Of a stretch of 64,000 bases of DNA, positions 23,685 to 35,824 are shown in pieces. The stretch is from Antedon mediterranea (Eukaryota; Animalia; Echinodermata), in contig NC_092675.1 in NCBI RefSeq assembly GCF_964355755.1, positions 27,996,912-28,060,911 on the forward strand, in the 5' to 3' direction. Numbering within the stretch: position 1 is the stretch's first letter; each line of letters starts with the position of its first letter. Under the pieces are notes generated by a model that saw only the letters and a list, made by a program, of their open reading frames with translations, ran no database searches and was not told the DNA's origin. The position numbers and the translations under genes were made by a program.

Positions 23685-24857
23685 ATGGCGTGTAGAGTAT
23701 TTTGCATGTCTCATGTCATACTGCACGTAATACTGCATATTTTTGCTTTAACACGTAGCAAAGTTAACGCCAATATCCATTGCAAGCCAGTGGGTAGAAT
23801 TGATTTTTTCATTGGTCAAACAGCCTACATCAGTTGCCAGATAAATCGTGAAACTATGAGTAGACCTAGTTCGGAAAACGTAACAATAACTGCTAAGTGG
23901 ACGCACAATAGCTATAATCTAGTAAAAACTGAGAATTTACTCGCAAACTACACTGTGTATACAGTTGATGTTTCACTGAGACTTAATAATTTAAGCATAT
24001 CTGACGGCGGTCAATATAGATTATTTGTTACGGACACCGTTGGTACTACATTGCTTTCTCAACCTGCTACCGAAATCTTTGTTTGGCCAGCGCCGTTTAT
24101 AGAAGTGTGTAACGCATCTAAATGGCAATACTCCAATGGTGAAGTAGCTACATTGAATTGTGCAGTAACCTCTCCAGCTAGATACTCTTTAACTTGGTCA
24201 ATTGAGCCACAGATACAGGATTTTGTTTTGGTGAACACTATGGATGGTATAACAAAGAATATAAGGCTACTGATTAACGTTACGTCACTGATCGATCAAA
24301 ACACATTTAGCTGTTTCATAAGCGGAATAAATTCTTTGGTCAAAACAAATTTGTGTACATTACAACCTATGTTCGAATATGTGGTCATAGACAGCCTTCA
24401 AATTGTATCTTCTCCGATTAATCTTGGTGAGAAGGCTCAGTTAGAATGTACATTCACTGAAGTAATGACTTTACATTTTTTGGATAGGTTTGCTAGAAGG
24501 GATGACATTTCTAGCGTTGAAAATGTATATTGGATCTCAAATAATTCTGCAGTAAACAAACGAATAAACCAAATTAATAACAAAAGACTGCTGATATTGA
24601 ACATTTCTTTTGAAATGAACTACAGTAAAATTACTTGTATAATTGGTCAATGGAACATTTCTACTATCATAAAGGTTTCGAAAAATTATGTTACTACTGT
24701 ACAGCCCAGTATTAACACAATTAAGAACAACAATGACACACGCTTATACATTTTAATTTTTGTCAGAACTATACTTGTAGCACTTCTTATCATAATACTA
24801 CTTATTTTGTGTACAAAAAAAATCATACGTAGGCCTATAACAAGGCTGAAACCGTAG
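23685..24857 (+). CDS. IgSF type I membrane receptor, family A member 3 (3 Ig-like domains, Arg in TM, short tail), single coding exon, 390 aa
   Basis: Collinear with 770 and 6419 (e.g. GEVATLNCAVTSPARY, NYSKITC). TM LYILIFVRTILVALLIIILLILC. Tail KKIIRRPITRLKP. Confidence 0.88.
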   Translation: MACRVFCMSHVILHVILHIFALTRSKVNANIHCKPVGRIDFFIGQTAYISCQINRETMSRPSSENVTITAKWTHNSYNLVKTENLLANYTVYTVDVSLRLNNLSISDGGQYRLFVTDTVGTTLLSQPATEIFVWPAPFIEVCNASKWQYSNGEVATLNCAVTSPARYSLTWSIEPQIQDFVLVNTMDGITKNIRLLINVTSLIDQNTFSCFISGINSLVKTNLCTLQPMFEYVVIDSLQIVSSPINLGEKAQLECTFTEVMTLHFLDRFARRDDISSVENVYWISNNSAVNKRINQINNKRLLILNISFEMNYSKITCIIGQWNISTIIKVSKNYVTTVQPSINTIKNNNDTRLYILIFVRTILVALLIIILLILCTKKIIRRPITRLKP

Positions 24858-25553
24858 TCGTACATCATAAGCCTACTTGATAAATTGTATAGATGTATGG
24901 TATTTTCATCCAACAATACGTCAGTTAAAAGATTTTAATTTGTTTAAATATTATTTTCATTTCTGTTTAATGTATTATGACAGATATGGAGGTAGTCCGT
25001 ACCTTTATTAGGTAGTTGTATAGGGTGCGCGGGTGTTACAGTAGACAAACTATTTTATAGACTACGAATCTCCAAAGGTAATAATAATTCGGGCTCTGCA
25101 CGCACCAGTACAAGATTCTATATACCACTATGTACCACAACAGAGAAAAATTTCACTCGATAAAACCGGAATATAATAATATAGACGTTGCATAAAATCA
25201 TTCAGACACCTACAGAATGAGTCGATGGATCCAAAGGCGAGTACTACAAAAGACAGAATTGGCCCTCTACATATCAAGTCATTCATAAAGAAGCACTTCG
25301 TGTGAAGACACAACGATCACACTCTGTCAAGGTATTTTTTTTTATTCCCATTGGTTTGTTAAAAAGAAATTTCTAAATTCAATACATTGATCCAGTTGAT
25401 ATCGTTTTCAATCCGTTTATATTGTTTTCTGTTTGTTCAAACCATGTTTGTCACCAATCAGTTTCTTTTCTCTATTTCAGAAATAGTTCAATTTTTTCAC
25501 TAATCGTTACTGTGTCACCTCTAAACGGACAAAAGAAGAAGAAAATAACAATA

Positions 25554-26342
25554 ATGAAACTATTAATCGTTATGATATTGGTTTCGTCGATTCCAATAGT
25601 TAGTGGATGCAAGTTACTTTCTTCTCCAGATTTGAACACAACTGTTGTGAACAACAATTCTATTTCACTGAACTGTGCATTCCATGCTTCCAAGAAAAAT
25701 GAAGTCTATTCTGCAGTGTGGACAAAGGAAGGCACTGAAATACCAAATTTGGCTGGGAAGCATACTGAAAACATAATTTCCCATAATAAAAGTGGCACAT
25801 TAATAAATAGTACTTTGCGAATAGATCACTCAAACATTAACGATGAGGGTAAATATCGATGTCTTTTGAAGGCTGGCGAAGTTAGTGTGGAGGCCTCTGA
25901 TGAATGTCAAGTAAATGTATTAAAGTCTCCAAGCACGATATTTCCACTCGTTACTACGACAAGTCTTGATAAAAGTGACATGATGAGGGCAACGTGTATT
26001 ACCGAAAAAACCGTGCCACTACCAAAACTGTATTGGCTTGATCAGAGGGGACCGTTATATGCTAATAACGCGACACATATAATAATTCATGAGATATTCA
26101 AAGTTGATGTGGAAGTGGTTTGCATTATGCGTTGGTATACGGAAGAACCACGAGTGAGTATATTTCCAAGAAATGTCAATACGCCTGATGACATGAAGAA
26201 GACGCTTCCACCGGCTGTGCAAGCGGAACACAAGCTGGATTCCTACCTTATCTGTATAATCTTCTTGAATATCTTTTGCTTGTTTTTATTATTTGTTATA
26301 TCTTTCCGCATATTTTATTGGAATGATTGGTGTAATAACTGA
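25554..26342 (+). CDS. IgSF type I membrane protein, family B member 2, 262 aa (true start probably ATG 25554, not the TTG at 25422)
   Basis: Signal peptide MKLLIVMILVSSIPIVSG-C. D1: ISLNCAF..AVWTKEG..STLRIDHSNINDEGKYRC. D2: ATCITEKTVPLPKLYW..VVCIMRWYTEEPR. TM YLICIIFLNIFCLFLLFVISF. Upstream polypyrimidine-CAG acceptor at ~25480. Confidence 0.85.
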   Translation: MKLLIVMILVSSIPIVSGCKLLSSPDLNTTVVNNNSISLNCAFHASKKNEVYSAVWTKEGTEIPNLAGKHTENIISHNKSGTLINSTLRIDHSNINDEGKYRCLLKAGEVSVEASDECQVNVLKSPSTIFPLVTTTSLDKSDMMRATCITEKTVPLPKLYWLDQRGPLYANNATHIIIHEIFKVDVEVVCIMRWYTEEPRVSIFPRNVNTPDDMKKTLPPAVQAEHKLDSYLICIIFLNIFCLFLLFVISFRIFYWNDWCNN

Positions 26343-26401
26343 CTGAACTTTAACTTTTCATTAAGCTTACATATTAGCCTATATAACATTGCCGGGACCT
26401 G

Positions 26402-27407
26402 CAGGCCCGTAGCCAGGGGGGGTTTTTATGGTTTTTTATGGCGAACCCCCCCCCCCCCCCCCTTTACAGCGAACCCCCCTTAACCGACTGCGAACCCCCA
26501 TCCCCGACATGCCCAATACCTCACCCTCATCTCCGAAAATCGTCCAAATACGTGCCCCACAGTACAACAAGTTGTTCGTAAATTAAAAAATTCGTAAACC
26601 TTCTTCCCTGTATGAGCGTACTTCGAGCGATATAGTCTGTAAAGAGTTGCAAATGAATTGCGGATTTTAACCTGAAAAATAAATGTTTGGTCCCTGCATG
26701 TAACATGATATTGACGCGTCTCACAGCGAGCTGGGGGACGAACGATTCGTACAAAGGACACCGCCAGACAACTGCGTACCAATTGTTTAGATCACTGGCA
26801 GTCAGGCAGCATGCATAAAGTATATAGCCTTCCGACATACATCAGTATTTATGTGTGGCTATGAAGTATTATTAATATTTTACACTATAATATCTATGGT
26901 ATCATGTACTGTAGTTCACATTATGGCATCCGATTATTTTTGTCTAGACCACCAGCCGATACGTAGGCCTACTCAAATGTATCAATATCACCTATTTACA
27001 TTGACATATTTAATTTCCTCAACAAATTGCTGTAAATAAATATTATAGATAGAGCTATAATAAGAATTGCATTTGCCTTCACCCAGTGTGCTTTTTTCGG
27101 GGCTTCTCCTAGACGTACGTTCGCATTGAACTTGAACGCAATAACAAAATATCGAGTAAATGATCAAACAATCGGCGGTTCCACACAGAGCACGCGCATC
27201 TAACGAGTCCAAGTACGATCGTTTTGCTCATTGGTAGCATGCTGCATGAGAGTGTCTTTTCCGGCCATCTAGGGGTGTCATTTAACAAAATTTGCTTCGC
27301 CTCAGGCCCCACCCCAGGTGGGGGGAGGGGGGTTAGGTATGGGGGTGGGGTGACCCAAATACTTAGTGTGCGAACCCCCCCCTTGACAGATCCTGGCTAC
27401 GTCCCTG
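26402..27407. mobile_element. Non-autonomous DNA transposon with CAGG termini and 5-bp TSD
   Basis: ACCTG|CAGGCCCGTAGCCAGG ... CCTGGCTACGTCCCTG|ACCTG. Subterminal GCGAACCCCC repeats and G/C runs. Confidence 0.75.
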
Positions 27408-27769
27408 ACCTGACTGCTTAATTCCAATATTTTTTTAAAACACAATTGGCAAATTAATTAATTAAATTAATGTTTTTATTTTTGCATAAAGATTTTTATC
27501 AAAGAAATTGAAGGAAATGTTTTATAAAGGATGCAAAACTCAATTTTTTTTTTCGTTAACTTCAATAACTTAATTTGTAAGATGACTAAGAAATTGCTTT
27601 GATCGCACCATCCTCCTATGGATCCAAACTTTGGAAAATGTAAATATAAAAAAAGCTTAAAGAATTGCTCTTTATAAACAATTATAAATATGTTATTTTT
27701 ACTTAATAAAGACAAATGCTATTTTCTTTATATATTCACTCACTATACATTTTACAATTTGTAACAGTT

Positions 27770-28300
27770 TGTCGTGTATACACAAATTCTTATACTGTTC
27801 TACCAGTCGACCATACTTAGTGTTATTTCTTTTTGTAGATTTATCTGGGAGACTTGTTTATATCAAAAAGATAAAGTATTAATAAATAAAATTACCAGAA
27901 GGGCTGGGCGAGTTATTGGAGTTGATGTATCCGTACTTAATTTCAACTATGATGCAGGTGTTCTATCCTTGGTAAAACGTATACTCTCCCAAACAGAGCA
28001 CCCTCTTCATAAGGAATACACTTTTCTCTTCCATCTAATATTCGTATCCGTCTGCCTCGAAGCCGTACTAAACGCTACAATAAATCATTTGTCCCACAGT
28101 CTATTGTCACCTATAACAAATTTGTCAAACGCTAACTCTTGGCGAGAACACTTGGATCGTGACTTTTTGATATTTTATATTGATATAAAATTTTAAATTG
28201 ATTTGTATTTGTATGTATATTTGCTACTATCTCTGCAGTGTTTATAAGAGGAATTTCTGATGTATGTTTTTATATATTGGACCAAATAAAGAATAATAAT
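27770..28300 (+). mobile_element. 5'-truncated LINE remnant (RT C-terminal region, L2/Rex-like)
   Basis: ILILFYQSTILSVISF..INKITRRAGRVIG..HPLH then, after a frameshift, PSNIRIRLPRSRTKRYNKSFVPQSI. AATAAAG(AAT)n-like tail. Confidence 0.7.
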
Positions 28301-30027
28301 AAATGTATAATATATTTTAAACTACTACTGTACATTCATATAAAACACAAATCCTTATTTGTTTCGGTAATAAAATAATATTATAATTACTATTTTTTAT
28401 TTTTTCATTTACTTTGTTTGTAAATAATTAATCTTCTCCCTCATTATCTTTTTTACTGTTAAACTTGAATTATTATTTTGTAAACCAATTTTTAAATTAT
28501 TTTGTAGTAGGCCTAATCTAGGGTCTCTATCATACAAACTTCCGGGTTTCTTGAGATCCCATTTCATCATTTTCTTGAATCATTGTACATACTATTATTT
28601 TATTTGTGATTTGATTTGATATAATCAGTTTGGGTTTAGCAAATACATAATAGGCCTATATTTTTATTCATTGGTGCATTGGCACAGAGTTTTCAGTAAA
28701 TATTGGTGATTTTTCTTGCCTAGCATAAGTTTTTGTCCCCATTTAATTGTGTAGGCCTATGTGAGTGACATTATAAAATACATGTAACAATAATGTAGAG
28801 ACATTATTCATTTACTGGTGTTCAGGCATGTAAATAGGCCAGAGTATTTCTATGTAATACATGTAAGCAAGCAGATTTCATCAATAGGGTGCACTTCCCA
28901 GTATGTTGGAAGTGCCTTGTATTTCGATGCTGAAAGACATCTACATAATATCTACATAATAAAGAACATTGCATCACAATGGTTATCCTGATCTGTAAAA
29001 AATACCTTAAAATTCAAAAATTGTCAGCGCGTAGGCCTACCTATTTTTTTTTTACAAACTACAATGACGTAATTTGTGAACCATTTGATTGGTCATGCAG
29101 TTTTAACGATCGTAACGTTGAAGTTGAACGAACGATTGCAGATTTCAATGATTTCTAACGTTGATATTGACTATACCCCCCTTCTCTGTTAAATCGTTGA
29201 ATCCTGTAAATTATGCAACTCTCAACGCAACTCGCCGTAACGTTACGTCTACAGGAAACAGGCTTTATGTCGACAGGAAAACAGCCTTTTGAGGTGTATT
29301 ATAACATTTGAGATTTCCGAGGGAATTATATTTTTCTCGAGGGATTATGAAATATAGTTCCTCAAGAAAATATAATAATTCCTTCACCGCGGAATGGCGT
29401 CTATTGCAAATATCTCGCGCAGTTACCTATCTTGCGCTAAAGTCTTTGCTCGCACCGCCGCAGGGTGATAGTTCGACGTCATCGGCCAAAACGACCGATC
29501 GGTCCGTTCTAACATTTTGGATCCTCGGAATGGTGATCATGTGATGCCATTTAAACAAATCATGTTCTAGTATTTACATATGCTATGTAATAACGTATAT
29601 ACTGTAACTACCGATATTATCGTTCATCAGAAAGAAGCTGATAAATACATAAAGACGGGAAGCATACAAAGTTATTGATACACATTTCAAGGCTTAAAGC
29701 TGAAAGGCAAGTCTGATTTCGTCACCCTCTAGCCTATATTATTGTAAGTCTCTCTATTGTAGATGAATATGATGACAACCATCAAGGTTACCAATGAAAT
29801 AAATGAAAAAATATATATATAATTTCCATATGTAAATATTTCAATGTTGCATTAATCTCATTGAACATTATAAAAATGTATACACGTACACATTCCAAGA
29901 CTTGTCAATCTCCGAGTAGAACTTAAGAGGACGTCACCCATAATCCAAAGAGATCTAGTTGGCGGTGCTACATCTAGAGCTTGGAAACCGCTCAGACAAA
30001 TGGTTTCACTCCCCTGGAGAAACCTAA

Positions 30028-30315
30028 AAAACAAGCACGAATGTGCAATACTCGGGGTACAGCAAAAGAAGCTGTAATGACGTCATAAGACGCTACCAAA
30101 TACGGTCCATTTTCGAGACGTGATATGGCTGCATCCGGTTTGAAATTTAAAAATCCGGCTCTATAGCTTTGAGGACATGTGCCTGTAGTATATTCATGCC
30201 AAATCCAAGGGAGGAGTAGTACTTTACAAATCGCACTTTTTACTCAATAGTGTCCAGATGGAGGAGGAGGAGGAGAAAATGAGTAAGTCCTAGACTCGGG
30301 TACCCCGAGTAAAAA
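30028..30315 (+). mobile_element. Short Helentron-like element, same family as 12890-13126
   Basis: AAACAAGCACGAATGTGCAATACTCGGGGTAC ... (GGA)n ... AGTCCTAGACTCGGGTACCCCGAGTAAAAA. Confidence 0.55.
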
Positions 30316-31049
30316 TTAATGTGTATTACTTTAATCTATTACGATGTTAGAAAATGCTCCTCCCTGGCCTCATAGGCCTATATTTTGTGGATTTTTTTAA
30401 CCCTCTTTATATTTCTTACAGAGCCTTGAATTTCTTTGGCACCAAATTCTTTGTTTATAGCTGGTCCTATCACTTGTAGGACCAGCAATTAACGAAGTAC
30501 CAGTATCAACAATGGCTTCACATCCATTTGGACAATAAAACCATCTTGTATTGCAATGCTGAAATGTATACATGTTTTGATTTCCCATAAAGAAAAGAAT
30601 AACTAGTACTATAAAAATTGGTAATACTGTACATCATGACTTTCTTAAATCCATATATGAACATTTCGACAGTATAAATACTTTGCTGTATCAATTAAGT
30701 TTTTTTTTTACCTTTTTTTTTCTTCTACCCTAATATACTAGATTTTGTGATATGGAAGTGAATATACAATGCAAAAAAGACATACTAAGACCATTACAGA
30801 ATTTTAAGGAAATCATGATTAGAATTTCAAAAATAAATATCAATATGAATTATTTATTTGAAGCGTCCGTAACAGCGATATATATAGCTATGAAATATTA
30901 GTGAAGAGTACTATGTGTCACTATTTACATGTATTGCATGCATCACATCACATATACAATGATGGTTATTAACACACTAAGTGTATAGTATTGTATAGGA
31001 ATTCAATTGCTCAAATACTTTTCTGTGACATCAAGAAAGCAATGTTTCA

Positions 31050-34000
31050 TTGGTTATCCGCAACGAAGTTGCAGGATAACCTCTTGTGATTGTACGAAAT
31101 CATCATCATCTTTTTTAGTTATCCGCACTCAGCGGATAACTCCTTGTAACTGTCCTGTATCATCATCTTTTTTTTTTTTCTGTATTATTCTTTCTTTCTG
31201 TCATTTTTGTGCAGAGCATATCTCAAAAACGTGTAAAGTTAACATTTCATAACTTTGTCAACATATGGGTATTCACCTGAAGTTGTGCTTTTCTATTTCT
31301 GAATGACGTCAGAATTGCACAACATGACTTACGCGCGTTTTAACGAATTTCGCGTATTTAACATACATCGAAAACCATATAACAATTTAAATTGAAACTT
31401 AACAAAAGTTTTAGTTATATCTTGCGCTAACTGACTTTGTAAAAAAAATGGCATGTTTTACACGAAGTTACGCGCGCACGCGCGTTTAAAATTTCAAAAC
31501 GCGAAAAATCAATTTCTAATCCACTTTCTACGCGTTTCATGTCATTTTGAGCAGGTAAAAAATTCCCACGCGTGCGCATTTTTTTACGCGCGCCGTGCGC
31601 ACGTAGCGTTGAAAACAATTTTTTTCACGTGATTTATGTTTTTCCAGCCTTTTGTAGTAATTTTACCAACTTTAAAAACGATTTAGACTTAAAATTACGT
31701 CATACGTGCACGTCGAATTGGATAATTTACGTGGGTTTTTGATGAAAAAGGTAAAAAATTCGTTAAAATTTGTCAAAATTATGCCTTTTTTTAAATAGTC
31801 GTAATTTCTAAACTGGACGGTCAACTTTTTGTGGATGACATATTCTTGAAGTTGATGAGGTGTAGATATTGGATCATGTAATAATATGGCTAACCGGACA
31901 TTGTGACGTCATCGTATGGCCACGCGAATATAAAATATAGGATTTTTGTATCTTTCATCATAGCGCATGACATTTAATAGAGCGCATCTCCAATTATCTG
32001 TTTTCCATTTTTACCCCGATTTTTATATTATCTAGGTCAATCAACTATCTTTCGTATGAGTTAAAAATATTTTAATTTTTATGACGTCATCATGTCTAAA
32101 AATGTAAATAACGTGGGTCACTTATTTTCGTCTTTACAGTAAATTTCAATCTGTTATAGCTCGTCAGAATAAAACGTGATAATCATGATTAAAACGTTTT
32201 CTGGAAGCTATTGGATTGTAGATACGAATTTATGTAAACATTTTGCCAATCGGATGTTGTGACGTCATCATATGACCAGTTAAATAAAAAAAGTCGTATT
32301 TTCATCTTTTGCGTCATAATTCATCACATTTAAAAGAGCGCGCATCAATATTTTACGTATTTAAATTTCTTCTACACATTAATATGTTGTTGCCGAGATA
32401 ATTTCCTTCCGAAATTGCTATCTTAGTATTTCATTTTGATACCGTCGCTATGTTAAAAATTGGAATAAATGGCGGGTCCAGTCATTTCACCTATTCTACA
32501 CAGTATGTAATATGTATACAGATTATATTGTATATAATACGACACAAAATAACAGAATTCAGCAATAACAACATATCATATTCTTCAGTTCAGGTCATAT
32601 TGCCACAATCTTTTTCTGTGTGCAATATTCTAACGTATGACGTCTACGTGGCCTTTGTCGTGCGGATAACTAACTCGTCAAAGTGACGAGTTACATGTCT
32701 AGTCTTAATTGGTTATCCGCAACGAAGTTGCAGGATAACCTCTTGTGATTGTACGAAATCATCATCATCATCTTTTTCTTAATCTTCTTTCTTTCTGTAT
32801 GATTTTTGTGTAACGCTTTTCTCTAAAACTTGCAAACATAACATTTTGTTAACTATGTTAACATTTTGACATTTATGTAACGTCGTCAAGCGAAGCTTTT
32901 CATGATGTTTACAATCGCGCAACGTGACGTACGCGCGATTTAACGATTTTCTCGTATTTAACATATGTCGAAAACCAAATAACATTTTAAAGTGAAACTT
33001 TGCAAAAGTTTAATTTATATCATGCGCTAACCTTCTGTTGAAAAAAAATTGCGTGTTTTACACAAAGTTACGCGCGCACGCGCATTTAAAATTTCAAAAT
33101 GCGCAAAATTAATTTCTAATCAACTTTCTACGCGTTTCATGTCGGTTTAAGCATGTCAAAAATTCCCACGCATGCGCACATTTTTACGTGTGCGGAGCGC
33201 ACGTAGCATTGAAAACGTATTTTTTTCGCGTGATTTATGTTTTTCCAGCCTTTTCTAGTAATTTTACCAAATTTTAAACAATTTTGACTTAAAGATACGT
33301 CATACGAGCACGTCGAATTGGACAATTTGCGCGCGTTTTTTATGAAAACGTTAAAAAATTCGTTTAAAATATGCCTTTTTTAAAACAGTCGTAATTTCTA
33401 AACTAAACGGTCAACTTTTTGTGGATGGCATTTTCTGGAAGTAGATGAGTTGTAGATATTGGATCAGGTATTAATATGGCTAACCGGACATTGTGATGTC
33501 ATCGTATGGCCACGCAAATATAAAATTTAGGATTTTGTATCTTTCGTCATAGCTCATCACATTGAATAGAGCGCATCTCCACTTATCCGTTTTCCATTTT
33601 CACCCCGATTTTGATATTGTCTAGGTCAATCAACTATCTTTCGCATGAGTTAAAAATATTTTAATTTTTTTTACGTCATCGTGCTTAAAAATTTAAATCA
33701 CGTGTGGCATTAATTTCATCTTTACAGTAAATTTTAATCTGTTATAGCTCGTAAGAATAAAATGTGATAATCACGATTAAAACTTTTTCTGGAAGCTATT
33801 GGACTGTAGATACGAAATTATGTAAAAATGTTGCCAATCGGATGTTGTGACGTCATCATATGGCCAGTTAAATAAAAAAGGTCGTATTTTCATCTTTTGC
33901 GTCATAATTCATTACATTTAAACGAGCGCGCATCAATATTTCACGTATTCAAATTTCTTCTACATGCTAATACGTTGTTGCTGAGATAATTTCCTTTCGG

Positions 34001-35824
34001 AATTGCTACCTTCGCGTTTCATTTTAAAACCGTCAACATGTTAAAAATTGCAATAAATAGCGGGTCCCGTAATTTCACCTATTCTACACTGTATGTGATA
34101 TGGATACAGATTATACTGTGTACACTATATATGAATTTGAATAATAAAATTCAGCAATAACAACATATCATATTCTTCAGTTCAGGTCATAATGCCAACG
34201 TGAACACTTCCTTTTGTCCTCAACCTATCCCCTTAATGTTAATGTTGCACCACTTGCGCGGCGGATAACCAAACTCGTCAAAGTGACGAGTTACATGTCT
34301 AGTCTTCTTTCTTTCTGTATGATTTTTGTGTAACGCTTTTCTCTAAAACTTGCAAACATAACATTTTGTTAACCATGTTAACATTTTGACATTTATGTAA
34401 CGTCGTCAAGCGAAGCTTTTCATGATGTTTACAATTGCGCAACGTGACGTACGCGCGATTTAACGATTTTCTCGTATTTAACATATGTCGAAAACCAAAT
34501 AACATTTTAAAGTGAAACTTTGCAAAAGTTTAATTTATATCATGCGCTAACTTTCTGTTGAAAAAAAATTGCGTGTTTTACACAAAGTTACGCGCGCACG
34601 CGCATTTAAATTTTCAAAATGCGCAAAATTAATTTATAATCAACTTTCTACGCGTTTCATGTCGTTTTAAGCATGTCAACAATTCCCACGTGTGCGCACA
34701 TTTTTACGTGTGCGGTGTGCACGTAGCATTGAAAACATATTTTTTTCTCGTGATTTATGTTTTTACAGCCTTTTCTAGTAATTTTACCAAATTTTAAACA
34801 ATTTCGACTTAAAGATACGTCATACGAGTACGTCGAATTGGACAATTTGCGCGCGTTTTTTATGAAAAGGTTAAAAAATTCGTTTAAAATATGCCTTTTT
34901 TTAAACAGTCGTAATTTCTAAACTAGACGGTCAACTTTTTGTGGACGACATATTCTGTAAGTAGATGAGTTGTAGATATCGGATCAGGTATTAATATGGC
35001 TAACCGGACATTGTGACGTCATCGTATGGTCACGCGAATATAAAATTTAGGATTTTTGTATCTTTCGTCATAGCTCATCACATTGAATAGAGCGCATCTC
35101 CACTTATTCGTTTTCCATTTTCACCCCGATTTTGATATTGTCTAGGTCAATCAACTATCTTTCGCATGAGTTAAAAATATTTTAATTTTTTTGACGTCAT
35201 CATGCCTAAAAATTTAAATCACGTGTGGCATCAATTTCATCTTTACAGTAAATTTTAATCTGTTATAGCTCGTAAGAATAAAATGTGATAATCACGATTA
35301 AAACTTTTTCTGGAAGCTATTGGATTGTAGATATGAAATTATGTAAAAATGTTGCCAATCGGATGTTGTGACGTCATCATATGGCCAGTTAAATAAAAAA
35401 GGTCGTATTTTCATCTTTTTCGTCATAATTCATTACATTTAAAAGAGCGCGCATCAATATTTAACGTATTCAAATTTCTTCTACACGCTAATACGTTGTT
35501 GCTGAGATAATTTGCTTTCGGAATTGCTAACTTCGCTTTTCATTTTAAAACCATCAACATGTTAAAAATTGCAATAAATAGTGGGTCCCGTAATTTCACC
35601 TATTCTACACTGTATGTGATATGGATACAGATTATACTGTGTATACTATATATGAATTTAAATAATAAAATTCAGCAATAACAACAGATCATATTCTTCA
35701 GTTCAGGTCATAATGCCAACGTGAACACTTCCTTTTGTCCTCAACCTATCCCCTTAATGTTAATGTTGCACCACTTGCGCGGCGGATAACCAAACTCGTC
35801 AAAGTGACGAGTTACATGTCTAGT
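31050..35824 (+). mobile_element. Head-to-tail tandem array of three ~1.5-1.65 kb Helitron/Helentron-like non-autonomous elements
   Basis: Units ~31050-32703, ~32709-34303 and ~34304-35824 (third 5'-truncated). 5' TTGGTTATCCGC, subterminal inverted GCGGATAAC, 3' hairpin AACTCGTCAAAGTGACGAGTT, CTAGT end. Units 2 and 3 nearly identical. Confidence 0.8.

Noticed and set aside
25422-25553. N-terminal 44 codons of the 306-aa ORF call
   Set aside because: TTG start, overlapping a polypyrimidine tract and acceptor at ~25480. The signal peptide and alignment with B1 point to ATG 25554.
770-26342. V(D)J-like rearrangement or RAG/Transib signals around the Ig genes
   Set aside because: I saw no heptamer-nonamer RSS pairs, no separate V or J segments and no RAG-like ORF. 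Each gene is a complete ORF.
32779-34845. Duplicated short ORFs (68 aa and 62 aa, each twice)
   Set aside because: By-products of the tandem non-coding element. Not preserved as the same ORFs in unit 1.
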